Assembly (NCBI RefSeq): GCF_000150275.1
Contig: NW_002060943.1
Span: 10,200,209 to 10,264,208 of the forward strand
DNA from: Trichoplax adhaerens
Taxonomy: Eukaryota > Animalia > Placozoa
Length of the DNA: 64,000 bases
Reading direction: 5' to 3'
Shown here: positions 17,961 to 30,600 of the stretch, in pieces
How positions within the stretch are numbered: position 1 is the first letter of the stretch
Layout of the letters: each line of letters starts with the position of its first letter
Program-made: the position numbers and the translations under genes
The notes under the pieces: model-generated
Seen by the model: the letters and a program-made list of their open reading frames with translations, nothing else
What the model was told of the DNA's origin: nothing
Databases searched by the model: none

Positions 17961-18212
17961 AAGTCGAGTTAACTTGAACTTTGAAGGTATAATATAGTAC
18001 TTTTAGTTCACTGTCAGTTTATTCATTGGAAGTCTTCAGTTTTGATCGAGGTCCACGTACTCCATGATCGGTTTGATGGATTCGACGCTCCACTTACACT
18101 ATAGTTTACAACACTCGACTGCTGCACAATATTGCCATAGCAGCTTACAGTATAACATTTGAATATAATTTAACAGCTTTTGTATGAGCTCTGAAATACC
18201 CGATTTCAGTCC

Positions 18213-18265
18213 AGTACTGTACTGTACTCAACCGACATGGCTGTACTGTATACTGTACTGTACAT
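18213..18265. repeat. Short CTGTA array between divergent SMIM13 and CFDP1
   Basis: CAGTACTGTACTGTACT...CTGTACTGTATACTGTACTGTACA in the 457-bp gap between the two ATGs. Confidence 0.8.
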
Positions 18266-18417
18266 GCTATACAGTGACAGAGTTACACTACATTTAAAAA
18301 GGTGTTCTACTGAACGGCGCAGTTCAAGTGGAGATCATAGAGTTATACACGGACAGTGCTTACATTTGTGATCAACTTGAAAGTTTTACTACTAAGTGTT
18401 AACATTCTGAACGTGAA

Positions 18418-19062
18418 ATGAGCCACCTAATCGACGATTTATCTTCTGAAGACGATGAAGATTACGTACCGTCAGGTAAAAATGGCAGTACAATCTATTG
18501 TAGGTATAGTAACATGCATTTACAAATTGACTACGAAGAGTGCATTACTGATTTATGAACATTTCTGTGTACAGGGAAAAGTCAAACTTGACTGGGAAGG
18601 TTTTAAGAGTAAAGAAGGCATTGAAGATGAGCTGAAGTATCATAATAAGGATGGGTTAGTAAATGAGATTAGAATCTGTTAAAATGGATAATTAAATTTA
18701 GTAATGTCTTGTTCTATGACTAAAACATATATAGAAATAGCATAGTTAAAATAGTGATAGTTTCTGTACTTAAGCTATCATGACCTCTTGTGTCAATTAT
18801 TATATAGCTTATGGAAATCTTTAAGTAGAATATTAAATTCAGAAAAGTATTATAATTGTAATAATTCCCTTAGATTGCTTTAAAGATTATCTTGTTTCAG
18901 TAATGTAATAGACTCGTAGCTTGGCATAATGCGGCTATATTTAAGCTACTAACTTTATCCTATTTTATATCTAGATACTTGGAACGTCAGGATTTTCTAC
19001 AGAAGGTTAATGAAAAGCAGTTCGAAATTGAGAAAAGCTTGCGCTTTAGTTCTAAAAAATAG
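18418..19062 (+). CDS. CFDP1: Craniofacial development protein 1 / BCNT / Swc5-like, unusually short (exons 18418-18475, ~18582-18654, 18975-19062)
   Basis: Exon 1 MSHLIDDLSSEDDEDYVPS matches the CFDP1 acidic N-terminal EDEDYVP motif. Exons 2-3 KLDWEGFKSKEGIEDELKYHNKDG/YLERQDFLQKVNEKQFEIEKSLR match the BCNT C-terminal domain. The exon 2 acceptor is ambiguous (see findings). Confidence 0.85.
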
Positions 19063-19709
19063 TGATTCCATGTAACATTTTACAATTATCATCCAGAAGG
19101 CATGTTACCGTTAGGCTCACTTACTGAGTGAATACCAATTACTGTATACCCACTCTGAAAAGATGTATTGAAATTTAGTATAATATCATACAAATAGATT
19201 TTATTTATGAAATGAGCTATTTCGTCGGATTAAATATCTTTACATCAGTTACATTGTACAGTTTAACATTCACTTTAACATTTTGTAATTGTACAATAGC
19301 AAATATTTATGTAGATATTAAAGTATAGATTGTGTGCAACTATTATGTACCTGCAATGCGTATTCGTTAGGAGTCATGTAGATATGATTTTAGTAAATGC
19401 CAATTCAGATATGCTAATATACACTAGTCTGAACTCTTGATGTATCATGAACGCTGCAGCTAAATTTGGAACTGGTTTATCGTTAAATTATGCAGTTGTA
19501 CAGTATTTCAGTTATTGATGAAATACTTCCCATGTACAGTATGATCACGCATATACATGGGATAGTAGATTAATGCTTTAATTCAATGTTGGCATGAGTG
19601 GCTTTGCATTATATGAGCATGTACATACATACGAATATTACTGTACAATGGTAGCCTTTTGCATATGATTTTGATGTTGTAGCCTTCTTGGTCACTATGA
19701 ACTATACTC

Positions 19710-19815
19710 AGTACTGTACTGTGTACGCCGATCAAAATCACTACTACAGTACTGTATCAGTATCATACTGTACAGTACAGTACATACCGTACGGTACGCG
19801 TTCTGTACTGTACAG
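19710..19815. repeat. TACAG/CTGTA array upstream of NUDCD1
   Basis: Pentamer runs ending ~80 bp before the ATG at 19895. Confidence 0.8.
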
Positions 19816-19894
19816 TATTTCGGAAGGCAGCATTGATAAGCTTGTGCAGGAGTGCTGCTGACACAATAGTAGTCGTTGGATTACTTTACCCAAA

Positions 19895-22360
19895 ATGGCA
19901 TTGCTAGAACCCAATAGAAACTTAATCAACCGTAATTTTGAGGGATACAAGTTATCTCCTGATGAACCGTTGGTGCTCAAATTGAAACTTGAAGTAAACG
20001 TTAGAGCACTAGCTGCTTCTAGCAGTCAGATAAGCTTTGAGGAAGTGAGGCTTTATTCGACATGTAATCATTTAATGATGGATTGTTGGTATAGCGATCC
20101 AGGTATAGATCACCTGTATTTTATAAATGAATCTTGGGAGGTAGCGCATATAGAATTCGATAGTAAGGTAAGTTGTTAGGGTAAAAAGTGAATATGGTGC
20201 TTTGCTACTACAGCTACTACTACACTTTACGCTTGAATTTTTTTGAGTCGCGTATAGTATACGCGCATTCATATCGTGAATTATCCGTGTAGAGTAGCAG
20301 CTATTAATGCTGTATTTAGATCTATTTTTAAATACATAGAAGTTCCAATTTTGATTGTATTAGTTTCTTTAACTAGCGCTTCATTACCAATCAGTCGTCA
20401 ATGACAACCGTCGAAAGTGCTATGTTGTCATATCCCTGTAGGGGTAAATTCTGGGGCTTTATTTCATTCTTGTGATTATGATTTCGAACTTATCCTAGGA
20501 TGGAACGAGCTTTATCGAATGTCCGTTTCAAGTCCCGCTTAATGCTGTTGCTGCTACGGATAGGCATAATTTATCGATGCAGTTCCCTTCTAAAAAGCAT
20601 GCACTAATATCTGATGGTGTGGATAAAATTTATTTATTAGATCGTCATGTGAAGAAATGGAAAATTCTAGGCATTATTAATTATGAGAGACCATGCACAT
20701 TATTGCATGCTGTTTGTGATGACAAGCAAGATAAATGCCAATGCTATTTAATAGAATTCAAACGTCAAGATTTCAAAATAGAGCCTACGTCAAAGTGGAT
20801 TGAGATTACAATACCTACAAATCATCAAGATTCATGTAACTATAACATAGTACTGCAAATCAGAGGTCAATGTGTTCCCCTGTTTGGTGGCATCTGTCCT
20901 ATCAGTAGAAAACTGATTTTAATTCATGAGAAAGAGTTAATCATTGAACGTTGTGAAATTTCTGATGCTGATGATAAAATGGAAGAGTCGGCTAGCTATG
21001 AAAAAAGCAACTCAATGCTGAATGAAAATTTACTCCCGGAATACATATGGACTCAGAGCGCAGATACAGTTGTGGTTAACTTTGTAACTCCATATAACAT
21101 AAAACCAACTGATGTAGTATTTTCATTGACAACTAAGGAGATTTTATTAGGATTAGTTGATGGTCTAATATTTTTGAAGGGAGAGCTACATGATAAGGTT
21201 GACGTCGATGGATGTACTTGGATCTTACAAGACAATGGTGCTGGGTAAAGTACAGTATAGTACGATAGTTGTTTACTGTATCATGCTGATGCTTCTGAAG
21301 ATCGATTAACAATTAACAGTGTTATGATAATTTTTAGCATCCAGCTGACGTTGGAAAAACATCAGCCTTTTCATGTTTGGTCAACTGTAGTTGAAGAATG
21401 TACAAGAGGGAAACAGGCGATAGGCGAAGTAGATGAAATTCACCAGCGCCTGGCTCATCTGACTTCAGACCAATGGGTAAGATAACAGTTTATTACAAGA
21501 AATTTGTCATATACGAATATACGTAAATTATGCTCGGTATATTAAACTATAAAACTATATATTATGAACAGCTTTTAGTGTTATAGTTAAATTTAAAAAT
21601 TATGTACACCGGCTATTTTTTATTCATATACACTCTTCAAAGAATCCTCAACCCAACACTGCAGAAAACAGAATCTTTCAACTTGATAGATCCGAAGACT
21701 GTGATGAACTATCTCAAGACAATACTACGCTTTCTGTTGCTTCTCCAACATCGAAGTCTTTTGATAAGCAGGTAGGGAATTACTGTAGCTATTTTTTATT
21801 GACTACATTTTTCTTCGCAATCTAAATTATTGTTGTACGGACTACACGATTTACTCTTAAGATTGCGTTAGGCTGCAATCAGTGGCTGTTTAATGCTCCA
21901 ATATTGCCATATGCAAATATGATGCCTGCTTTCTGCTTAAGACATGATACAGACGCATTTCTGTGGCAGTTTCAAGCAAATCCTGATATTTCTTTCACTC
22001 ATACGTCTACGTTCGATGCCTTTGGGTACGTAATATTTAGAGAATGTTCATCATTGCACGTAAATCAATAAGAATAAACATTATTAATAGATATCCTTTA
22101 ACAAACCTAGGTATGTGCAAGCTTCTAAACGTGATCGTAAATTTATATCATGCTCTCCATCATCGAGATTTGTTGTCATATGTGATTACGCTCGAAACGT
22201 TTACATCTACATGAAATCTACTTCGGAAGATCAGCCACTAGGAAAACACTCCTTTCAGCGTATTGTCGCCTTGGATAGCGAAAAGATTATGGGATTGGTA
22301 GCGTCTCATAACTTTATCTATGTTTTAAGCAATTGTGGGATATATTGCATAAAGGTCTAA
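19895..22360 (+). CDS. NUDCD1: NudC domain-containing protein 1 (exons approx. 19895-20167, 20499-21244, 21338-21476, 21643-21771, 21862-22025, 22111-22360)
   Basis: N-terminal L-x-PNRNLINRNFEGYKLS, a CS/p23 domain (YIWTQSADTVVVNF...KGELHDKVDVDGCTWIL), FCLRHDTDAFLWQ and HTSTFDAFGYVQASKRDRKF are all characteristic of NUDCD1. Confidence 0.93.
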
Positions 22361-22943
22361 ATGTAGCAATATTTGTTCACAAGTTAAGAACATTTACAGA
22401 GAAAAATACTTTCTATTCTGTTGATATATATGCAAATATAAGAATTATGGATATTCCTGATATCAGCACGTAGACATTTGTACAGTATATTGGAATTGAT
22501 GATCAATGTAGTTGAGTTATTAGGACTATCCTCAATCATTGTGATTGTCATAAGTTTATCGATAATTATGTGATATATTTTTCTATCCTGTTTATATACT
22601 GAAAGTGTTTACAGCGCATTCTAAATTAACATCGCTATGCAGATTTCCTATTTACTATCAATCTCATTAAATCATTCATTGTAAGACTATTTAGCAGTCG
22701 CATTGTGATTATCATCGGATACAAACGTAATACAGTAAATCTGTACCAAATTTCGATCACTTTATTTGAGTTTTACAGTACCCATTACCCAAAAATATTC
22801 GTATAAACAGTATGCATACATAGCTGAGGATTTTCGAACAAATGCTCTGGGCGCTTACGTAAATATAAGTGATAGAGTAATCTAGTAATATAGTATAATC
22901 AATAAGAATTTCATTACGAAGAGAAAGATTTTTCATGTTACTG

Positions 22944-25395
22944 TTACTTTTTCCGCTTTCCTTTCTTGACTACTTCATTCGGATTTTTTCTTCGAGATTT
23001 CTGGTGCCCTGCACCTTGAAATTGTAGTTTCGCCGCGCGACTATGAACATCATTAATCAGAAAGGGAGAAGATCTGGCGATATAATCAGGATCGAATACA
23101 TTCAATTTCTTTCGTTGTGATAGTGGTTTTTGTAAACGGTTAGTACCCTGATCTTCACTTAATATTGGATTATTACTAAAGCGGCCACCTTTCGGTAATG
23201 GTAGTGGATACTATACAATCGTACAAGATAATACATAACCAGTTAATTTATATTTGTTAAAGGTTACAGCAGTGAACTACGGCTTGAGTTAGTCACCTTC
23301 ATCCCCCTAGTGTTGATGCGTTTATTTTTGACCAAAAAGTATTGTCTATTTCCTTTATCATCGGTGTTGACAGTCACTTTCAACAGGGTTTTATTTCCAC
23401 AAGATGGGCAATATTGCTTGCTGGTATCATTGGTAATTCTTAAAGGATGGAAAATAATCCGTTACGTAATTCTTGCTTTAATAAGCTAAGTATGCATGTT
23501 GATAAAATAGTAAAAAAATGTAGATGTAAATAACCTTAGACATGAATGACATCGTAAAGCATAGCTTCTCAGATGACGGATTAGGTAACCATCAACGGAT
23601 ACGATAGGTATACCCATTTGAATTAGGACATTCTAAATAAGATTGATATTATAGTTAAACCCTAATTTCTGCTATAATTCTAGTAGTACATACAGTAATT
23701 TTACAGTTATAATATAAATTGTGCTACTATATCGGTACAAACCTGCATAGCAAAGTCTGTAGTTATACAAGCAACTTTGACGGGTAATTCAAGAGAGGTT
23801 TCTTCACGGTCTGAACTGCCATTTAACTGTTTAATATTACTTGGAGTAATCCATCCTTCATCATCGGTATCAGAACTTGCTTCATTTCCGCTAGTGTTAA
23901 CATCGTCTATTGAAGAATCACTCTCTTGTAATATTAACTTTTCTGAAACATTAGCTTTAATTTTATCTTTTTCACACTCAAAGGAGTCCGATTCTATTTT
24001 GAGTTCTTCATTAGTATTAACCGGTTTGCTGGAATCACTGTGATCATTACTTATAAGGCTGGTTTTATTGGTAGCAACAATATTAGCAGGTGTTCCCTAT
24101 ATCAATGAATATATTATAATATTATAGCACTATCTTCAGAGTAATAAAGATTTTTAGATAATTTCAGCATCGCGGTATTAGATAATATCATAAGCTATAA
24201 AGAATTTAATTTAATCTATTTAACATTTTTACTGCAATAGATGATAGTAATTCTTTTTGAATTTCGGAGGAAATCCATTTGGCTAGGATATTAATAAGCA
24301 GTAATAATAATAAATTAATTCTTAATGTTGGTTATTAGTTACGAGTCACCTTAGTGCCATTATAAAATCCCGCAAGGTCAGTTTTACTGTTTTCATTTAG
24401 ATAAGAGGGCTTAGCTATTAATTTAGCAGGTTTACTTGCTATGATGTCTTTACCACCGCGTTCGGTGTATAATTGATACGTTAATGCCATGACACGGATA
24501 TCTACAGCTGATAAGCTTGAAAAATCACCCGTCTTTTTCGCATATCTGCTCACTATAATATCATTAATGTGATAGGTTAATATTTCAATAAATATTTAAC
24601 ATTAACATTGTTATCGATGCAGAACGATTTAATAGTAGCATTACGTTAATGACGCCATAGGTATTGTATAATATTGCAAGCGTACAGTACACAGCGAACG
24701 TAAAATGTAATCCAATAGAAATAGTAAATTTTAGTGTCATTGATGCCAATTTAGATCGTCATTACACATCCATTACTTTGGTTTTACAGGTCTACGTGGA
24801 CTTTAAAACGCGTATACAGATTTCCATATTAGTTAATTTATAAAAATGATACGATTCACAAATCATCTACACCAGCACATACCATGCAACATTGTTTAGT
24901 GTTGATCATTGATACCTAGTGTAGTTATTATGAAGTTTTTAAGTGCTTAACTTCGGTTTTATCTACCGTACTGCACGTGTAGGTAATGTCAATCACTATA
25001 TCAGAGATGAGGCAAGCACAGCACTGCAATGTACCTATCTTTACAAACAAATCGATTAAGTGTGATACTACTTAATCCATAAACAGCAGAGCTACGACAG
25101 TGTATTATACTCGATAGTTAGTGTGTTGGTGGATAATATTAGATCCTTTAATTAATGCAAACTCAATACTGAAGTCAAGATTACCCGCAAGAACACTTTC
25201 TGCTTTTGGTTCCCTAAATTTGATTTCGTAAGGTAACACATTTAATTTCTCCCTTGTCACTTTATCGCGTATTTCGCCAATGACATCGGTCAGGGTATAA
25301 ATTTCCTTTCCAATTTTGTCTAAACGATCACATTTGATAAAAGCTCCAGTGTCGCAGATGATACACTCCAGTAATTCTTCTAACTTCGAGGTCAT
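22944..25395 (-). CDS. NOB1: RNA-binding PIN endonuclease NOB1, 20S pre-rRNA D-site cleavage (exons approx. 25395-25185, 24552-24350, 24096-23743, 23632-23535, 23438-23297, 23210-22944)
   Basis: PIN domain IICDTGAFIK...VIGEIRD...AKKTGDFSSLSAVDIRVMALTYQL, then DDEGWITPSNI, ACITTDFAMQNVLIQMG, a zinc ribbon LRCHSC...YCPSCGNKTL, and a basic C-terminus ending GKRKK*. Confidence 0.96.
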
Positions 25396-25524
25396 GCTTT
25401 CGAGTTTCGATTTAATAAAGTAAAGTTCAATTTGATCTTAGTACACAGAGAGGGTAAAAATATACAGTATATTTACGGTACTGAGTACTGACATCAACGT
25501 TTTGCGAGTTTGACAGGTAATATT

Positions 25525-27230
25525 GTACACTACTGTACTGTACTGTAAGTACAGTAGAGTTGAGTCCGAGAGCGTGCACTGTACAGTACTGTACTGTACT
25601 GTACACTGAGTACGGTACACTATTACAAAGGTAGATTTGTCCACTGTCGGTGATTCATATTGAGCACAGTACAGTACACTACAGTTCATGCAATGGCATC
25701 GATAAATGTGCGTATGGCATGAACTGTGTACAGCACAGTGTAGCGATCGGCCACGGTCGGCTCAAAAAACGGCTCGGCCGGCGGCTCCTGGTCGACTCTG
25801 GCTCAACTTTGTTCACAACGGCTCGGCTCAGATTCAACGGCTCGGCCCGACTCAAGAGCCGGACCAAGCTGTCTGAGCCGTAAAAGAGGTACATTAACTG
25901 AGTCTAATACTATACTGTATACGTACATATACGTACAGTACTACAAGTACATACACAACCCTAACCAACTGTAGTGTACAGTACAGTACAGTGTACAGTA
26001 CACTAGTAGAGACCCTAGTGTTCAGTGTACAGTACTGTACAGTACAGTACAATACTGTACAATAACATACAGTACTGTACTGTACTGTACAGTACGTCGT
26101 AGTATCATCGCACGGTACAATGTACTGTAACGTACAGTACGCGTACTGTATCCCTGACTGTATTGAGTCTATATACTGTACTGTAGAGCCACGACTCGAA
26201 GTCGACTCTGAGGCGGACCAATCGACTCAGGAGCCGAATGGCTCTGGCTCAAAGACACAGCAGTGGTCCGACTCAAAATCCGCGACTCGGCTTGACTCAT
26301 GAGTCGAGTCGACCGTGGCCGATCACTAGCACAGTGTACAGTACAGTACACCATTTTGAGCGCGATTTGGTTTACAAAGTACTCTTATCTTTTCTGAGGC
26401 TGGCAGATAATTTGAGTTAAAGTACAGTACAGTATAGTACTTGATACAGTTGTACTGAAACTACTAAACCATATTTGTCTACTTGTCTACCATGATGGCT
26501 TATGATGGTTTATGTAAAGATTACTGTATTTCCTTTTTCTACGGTATACTATATTTAAAGAGAAAATAAACATGCTTGTACAGTACTGTATAGTATCTGT
26601 CTGATGCATTGTACAGTATACTGGCTCATGTCAGATGGCACTTTACGACGTTGAACCATGATTGAAGCATGCTTGAACCATGAGCTACGGTTCAACCTAG
26701 TTCGACCTGTTGAAGTATCAGGCCGGGAATGTCAAGAATGTGGTATGCATCGCCGTACAGAGAGCATAGTACAGTATAGAGAGGTCATAATGCACCTCTA
26801 CAGTACTGTATGTGTCATGCAGTGCTGTAGTGAGTGTACACTGTACAGTACTGCCAGTCTGCCATACAGTACTGTACTGTACTGTACACAGTGTACAATG
26901 TACAGTACAAGTCCCTGTTTACTGACTATAGTACTGTACCGTACTGTACTGTACAGTACTGTACTACTGTAAAGCAAGACCACTAAAAGAAAATGGATTA
27001 TTAAATACAGTAGATTGAAATTAATCCCCCAATTAATTAATCACAGTACCGGTACTATAGTGTACAGTATACAGTACTATAAACTGTAGCGACTGACAGT
27101 ACAGTACAGTACGTACAGTACAGTACTGTACAGTGCAGTTATCAGTTTTAAAACTACAGACTGTAGTCTACAGTACAGTACTGTACAGTACACTGTACTG
27201 TACTGTACTATTTGTGAGGTACAGTAGATA
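25525..27230. repeat. Long TACAG/CTGTA-rich region between divergent NOB1 and OSGIN (contains the hAT MITE)
   Basis: Many pentamer runs interrupted by unique segments. Confidence 0.9.
25741..26328. mobile_element. Non-autonomous hAT-type DNA transposon (MITE), 588 bp
   Basis: 23-bp terminal inverted repeats TAGCGATCGGCCACGGTCGGCTC / TAGTGATCGGCCACGGTCGACTC (2 mismatches). Exact 8-bp target-site duplication GCACAGTG at 25733-25740 and 26329-26336. Subterminal clusters of GGCTC/GACTC/GAGCC motifs. No coding capacity. Confidence 0.88.
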
Positions 27231-27655
27231 CAGTATAATTCCATGAGCTTCATGCGAAGAACTCTTATATAATTTCGCAATAATCCGCGAGATAATACAT
27301 TATATATAAATAATTATACAAGAATTTTTTGAACCGCTAGGCTAAGATTGAGTAAAACAGAGGAAAAGAACAAACGTTCGGATTTGAACGCAGAAGTTCT
27401 TTACTGCGGAGGTGTTTAGGGCTGCAAGTAGAGAGAAGTGGCAGAAGTCATACCGAATCCAGAATCCAGCTTTATTTTTCGATGCACAGTGCTTGGTGCG
27501 GGACAGCAATATAAGGAAGGCTATTTCATTCTGTGGATTGTGCTTTAGCTATAAAATCATAGAAGATCGCGAGATACGTTTCAGCTCTTCTTAGCATGAA
27601 ATTGCAAGGATACGATATCTACTAAGTTTGGTAACGCGTCTTTCGAATTTTAGTG

Positions 27656-30600
27656 ATGTCAGCTGTAATTACCATCCCTGTCGTAATAATCGGTAAGTTG
27701 TTCTTAGTATAAAGTTAATTAATATTTGCACCTATAGGACCGTAGTGCTGAAAGGATACCTACAGAATTATTACAGATTTTTTATAACATGAACTGAATT
27801 TGCTTAACTGATATTTATTGTATTTAAACTTCGATTCCAACTAGTAAACTTGCATGTAGTTTTCCAGAACAACGCGTTTGCTCGTTGTTGCATTCATTCG
27901 GCCCGGTAATAACAACGTACGGTTCGGTAATCACAACGTACGGTACTCTCGTATACCATACTGTCTCGCTGTACCGCCGGTCTTACGGTAGTAGTAGTAC
28001 AGTACTGTACATACGTACGTTATACATTATGTGGTACACAAGTGTACGCGTACATGTAGTAAAATTTAATATTTATTTATATACACATCAAGCGAGATAA
28101 AATAAAGAAAGGACAGGACAGCTTTTTTAATTCTAAACTTTTAATTTCTAGGTAACGGTCCTTCGGGTCTGAGTTTATCACATATATTATCTGGGAACTG
28201 GCCATATTACAACGGTCAAATTCACCCAGATGAATTATTGCAAAATAAACTGAATCAATTTGGGCAGGAAACTCTACTAAAGCAGGTAAAAAGTTGCTGA
28301 CGTCATGATTTGACTGTGTTCAATAGTAAAATCTATTTATTATGTATCACCGGATAATAGACTACATCGTCACTGTACTATATGTATTGCTTTATAGCGC
28401 CATCACATCACAAAATTTGTAACGGAGGAGAATCGATAGCTTGATTAATTAAATGATTTTGCGGTTATCGCCTGTACACTGTCGTATAATAATAGTGATA
28501 ATAATATAATTATTATTTGGTGTCGCAACCATAAGGGTCTGTAGCCCGTTTGATTACATTGCTTATTTAAAACTCTTAAATGTTATCTAAATATTAGAAT
28601 AATATCATACTTGTACAGTACTGTAATCTCCTTACGCTTACGTTTCGGTATTTGATCCTTACATACAGTAGTACTGTACTACTGAATGTGATAGCTTACA
28701 GTGAACATTAAGGTAATAATTAATTAATTAATTATAATCAGCACGGAGAAAGCGTTGGACAAGCTAGCTATGATAATGATTACATTACTGTATATGAGTA
28801 TAAAGCAGTATAGTAATCCCACTGTGAGGCGTAACCCAGTTTTTGATATTACTAAGTATTATGCTTAAAAGTGTGTATAGATTTCTTTTTCCTTTGCTGC
28901 TAGTAGTAAATTTGTTGATCATTCAGTTAAAAATAAGTTCTTTTCGCTTTCTGCACCATTACAGTATTAGAAGTCGGATACTAGAATTAATAAAATCAGA
29001 TATTAATGTGATTGTTCGTAGATAGATAAATAACTGTAAATTGCCAACACGGTAGAAATACGCTTAAGAAAACACCTGACTGTGAATTCAATTAGCGCTG
29101 TCATAATTTGAGATCGTTAGATTCGTCTACTAGTAATACTGCTGTGATGTGGTCTATCAAGGACCTCTAAAATTACAATGGTAGTGATTAAGATCTATGA
29201 CTGTACGTGTAAAGTCAATGCTACACCTGATGAGTTACGTAAAGTATATTCCTGTCGGGAAGCAATTTATTAATCTTTGAAAATAGTGTATGGTGCACTA
29301 CCATGGAGACTAGGCACAGTCAGTGGAGTCAATAGCACCATACTCTTATACTCGTATATAACTTGATAAAGGACTCGGTAGTTCAAGGACTTTCATGTTT
29401 CTTGTTATCTAAGTATTGAGAATCTCTAGGAATTATGATCAAGATTTACGAGTTTGCGAGTGAAATAAAACTACGCGGTATTACCAGAATCACTTTTGCA
29501 ACTAAAAGAGATAAATTTTTATTGTAGTACAATTTTAGCTACTGTACAATATAACGGTAATTAGAACTGATCGAAAACTATAATTTTTATTATACAGTAT
29601 ATCCGATAGTCCATGTGTAAAACTTTCTCTACTTCAAGATGTTATACAATTATAAATGTTTAAGCCATCTTTCACCTAATAATTTTATTTACCATATTTA
29701 CTGTTTTTACGACAAAATCTGTACATAGCTAATTAATTAAAGGGTATTTATAAACTCGTCATGATTAGAGTAACAAAATAATAATTAATCAATGAAATGA
29801 TTCACAAATATATTACAGTAATCCTAGGTATTCGTAAGTTATCAGCAGTCAGTCATTATTGGAAATACTAGTTATTGATATGTTGGATGGTATTTCGATT
29901 AACAGAATTTAGAGGAATTAAGTGATGGCTTAAACGGTAGATCATCGAACCCTGTGGCTGTTCTATTTGACCAACTTCATCACCCAAATGCAGATCTTGG
30001 TTTGGATATGGAATCATGCTTAACATGGCGTTTTGATAGTAATAACACAATTCCACATCTCGTCTTGGGTAAGTACTCTGCTGGTGGAAGTTGGAGAAGC
30101 ATACACAAAGATGGAAGAACGCTAGGCTATTCTAACTGGTTAGAGTTGCCTGGCTATAGAATGCGTGATTGGCTAAATCGTAGAATCCCTTCGAAAGAAA
30201 CTGGTACTTTGGACAGATTAGATCTAGGTCTGGTTAGACACTATTATGCCGATTATGCCAAATATATGCAAATGGATAAATACCTACGCGGCGGCGTAAC
30301 TGTTCGATCAGTCCGTCGATATAATTTAGCATGTAATTTTCTGAACGACCGTGCTGATATGAATTCAGATTCAGACGAATCCTGTTATGAAGCAAACGTC
30401 ATTAATGGTGAGACTTGTAAAAGATTACATCCCTTAAATTCTACCGGCTCAAATTTAGATTCTGACGGCGAAGAAGAATTCGATGAACGCAGCCGAGAAG
30501 ATAGCCATGACAAAAATATAAATTGGATTATAGATGTTGAAGATAAGGATGGTGACGTTTCTTCTAGTTATAAAATATTAGCGAGCCAAGTAGTTTTAGC

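Noticed and set aside
25681-25727. 11-14 bp inverted repeat (ACAGTTCATGC...GCATGAACTGT) just left of the MITE
   Set aside because: It is short and partly built from the local pentamer, with no target duplication or second copy seen.
25650-26420. Ser/Arg-rich ORFs in the GC-rich region
   Set aside because: They are read-throughs of the MITE's GGCTC/GACTC subterminal repeats, with no transposase motifs.
30340-30520. Acidic insertion in the OSGIN protein
   Set aside because: It appears to fall in a variable loop between conserved flavoprotein blocks and is not clearly exceptional.
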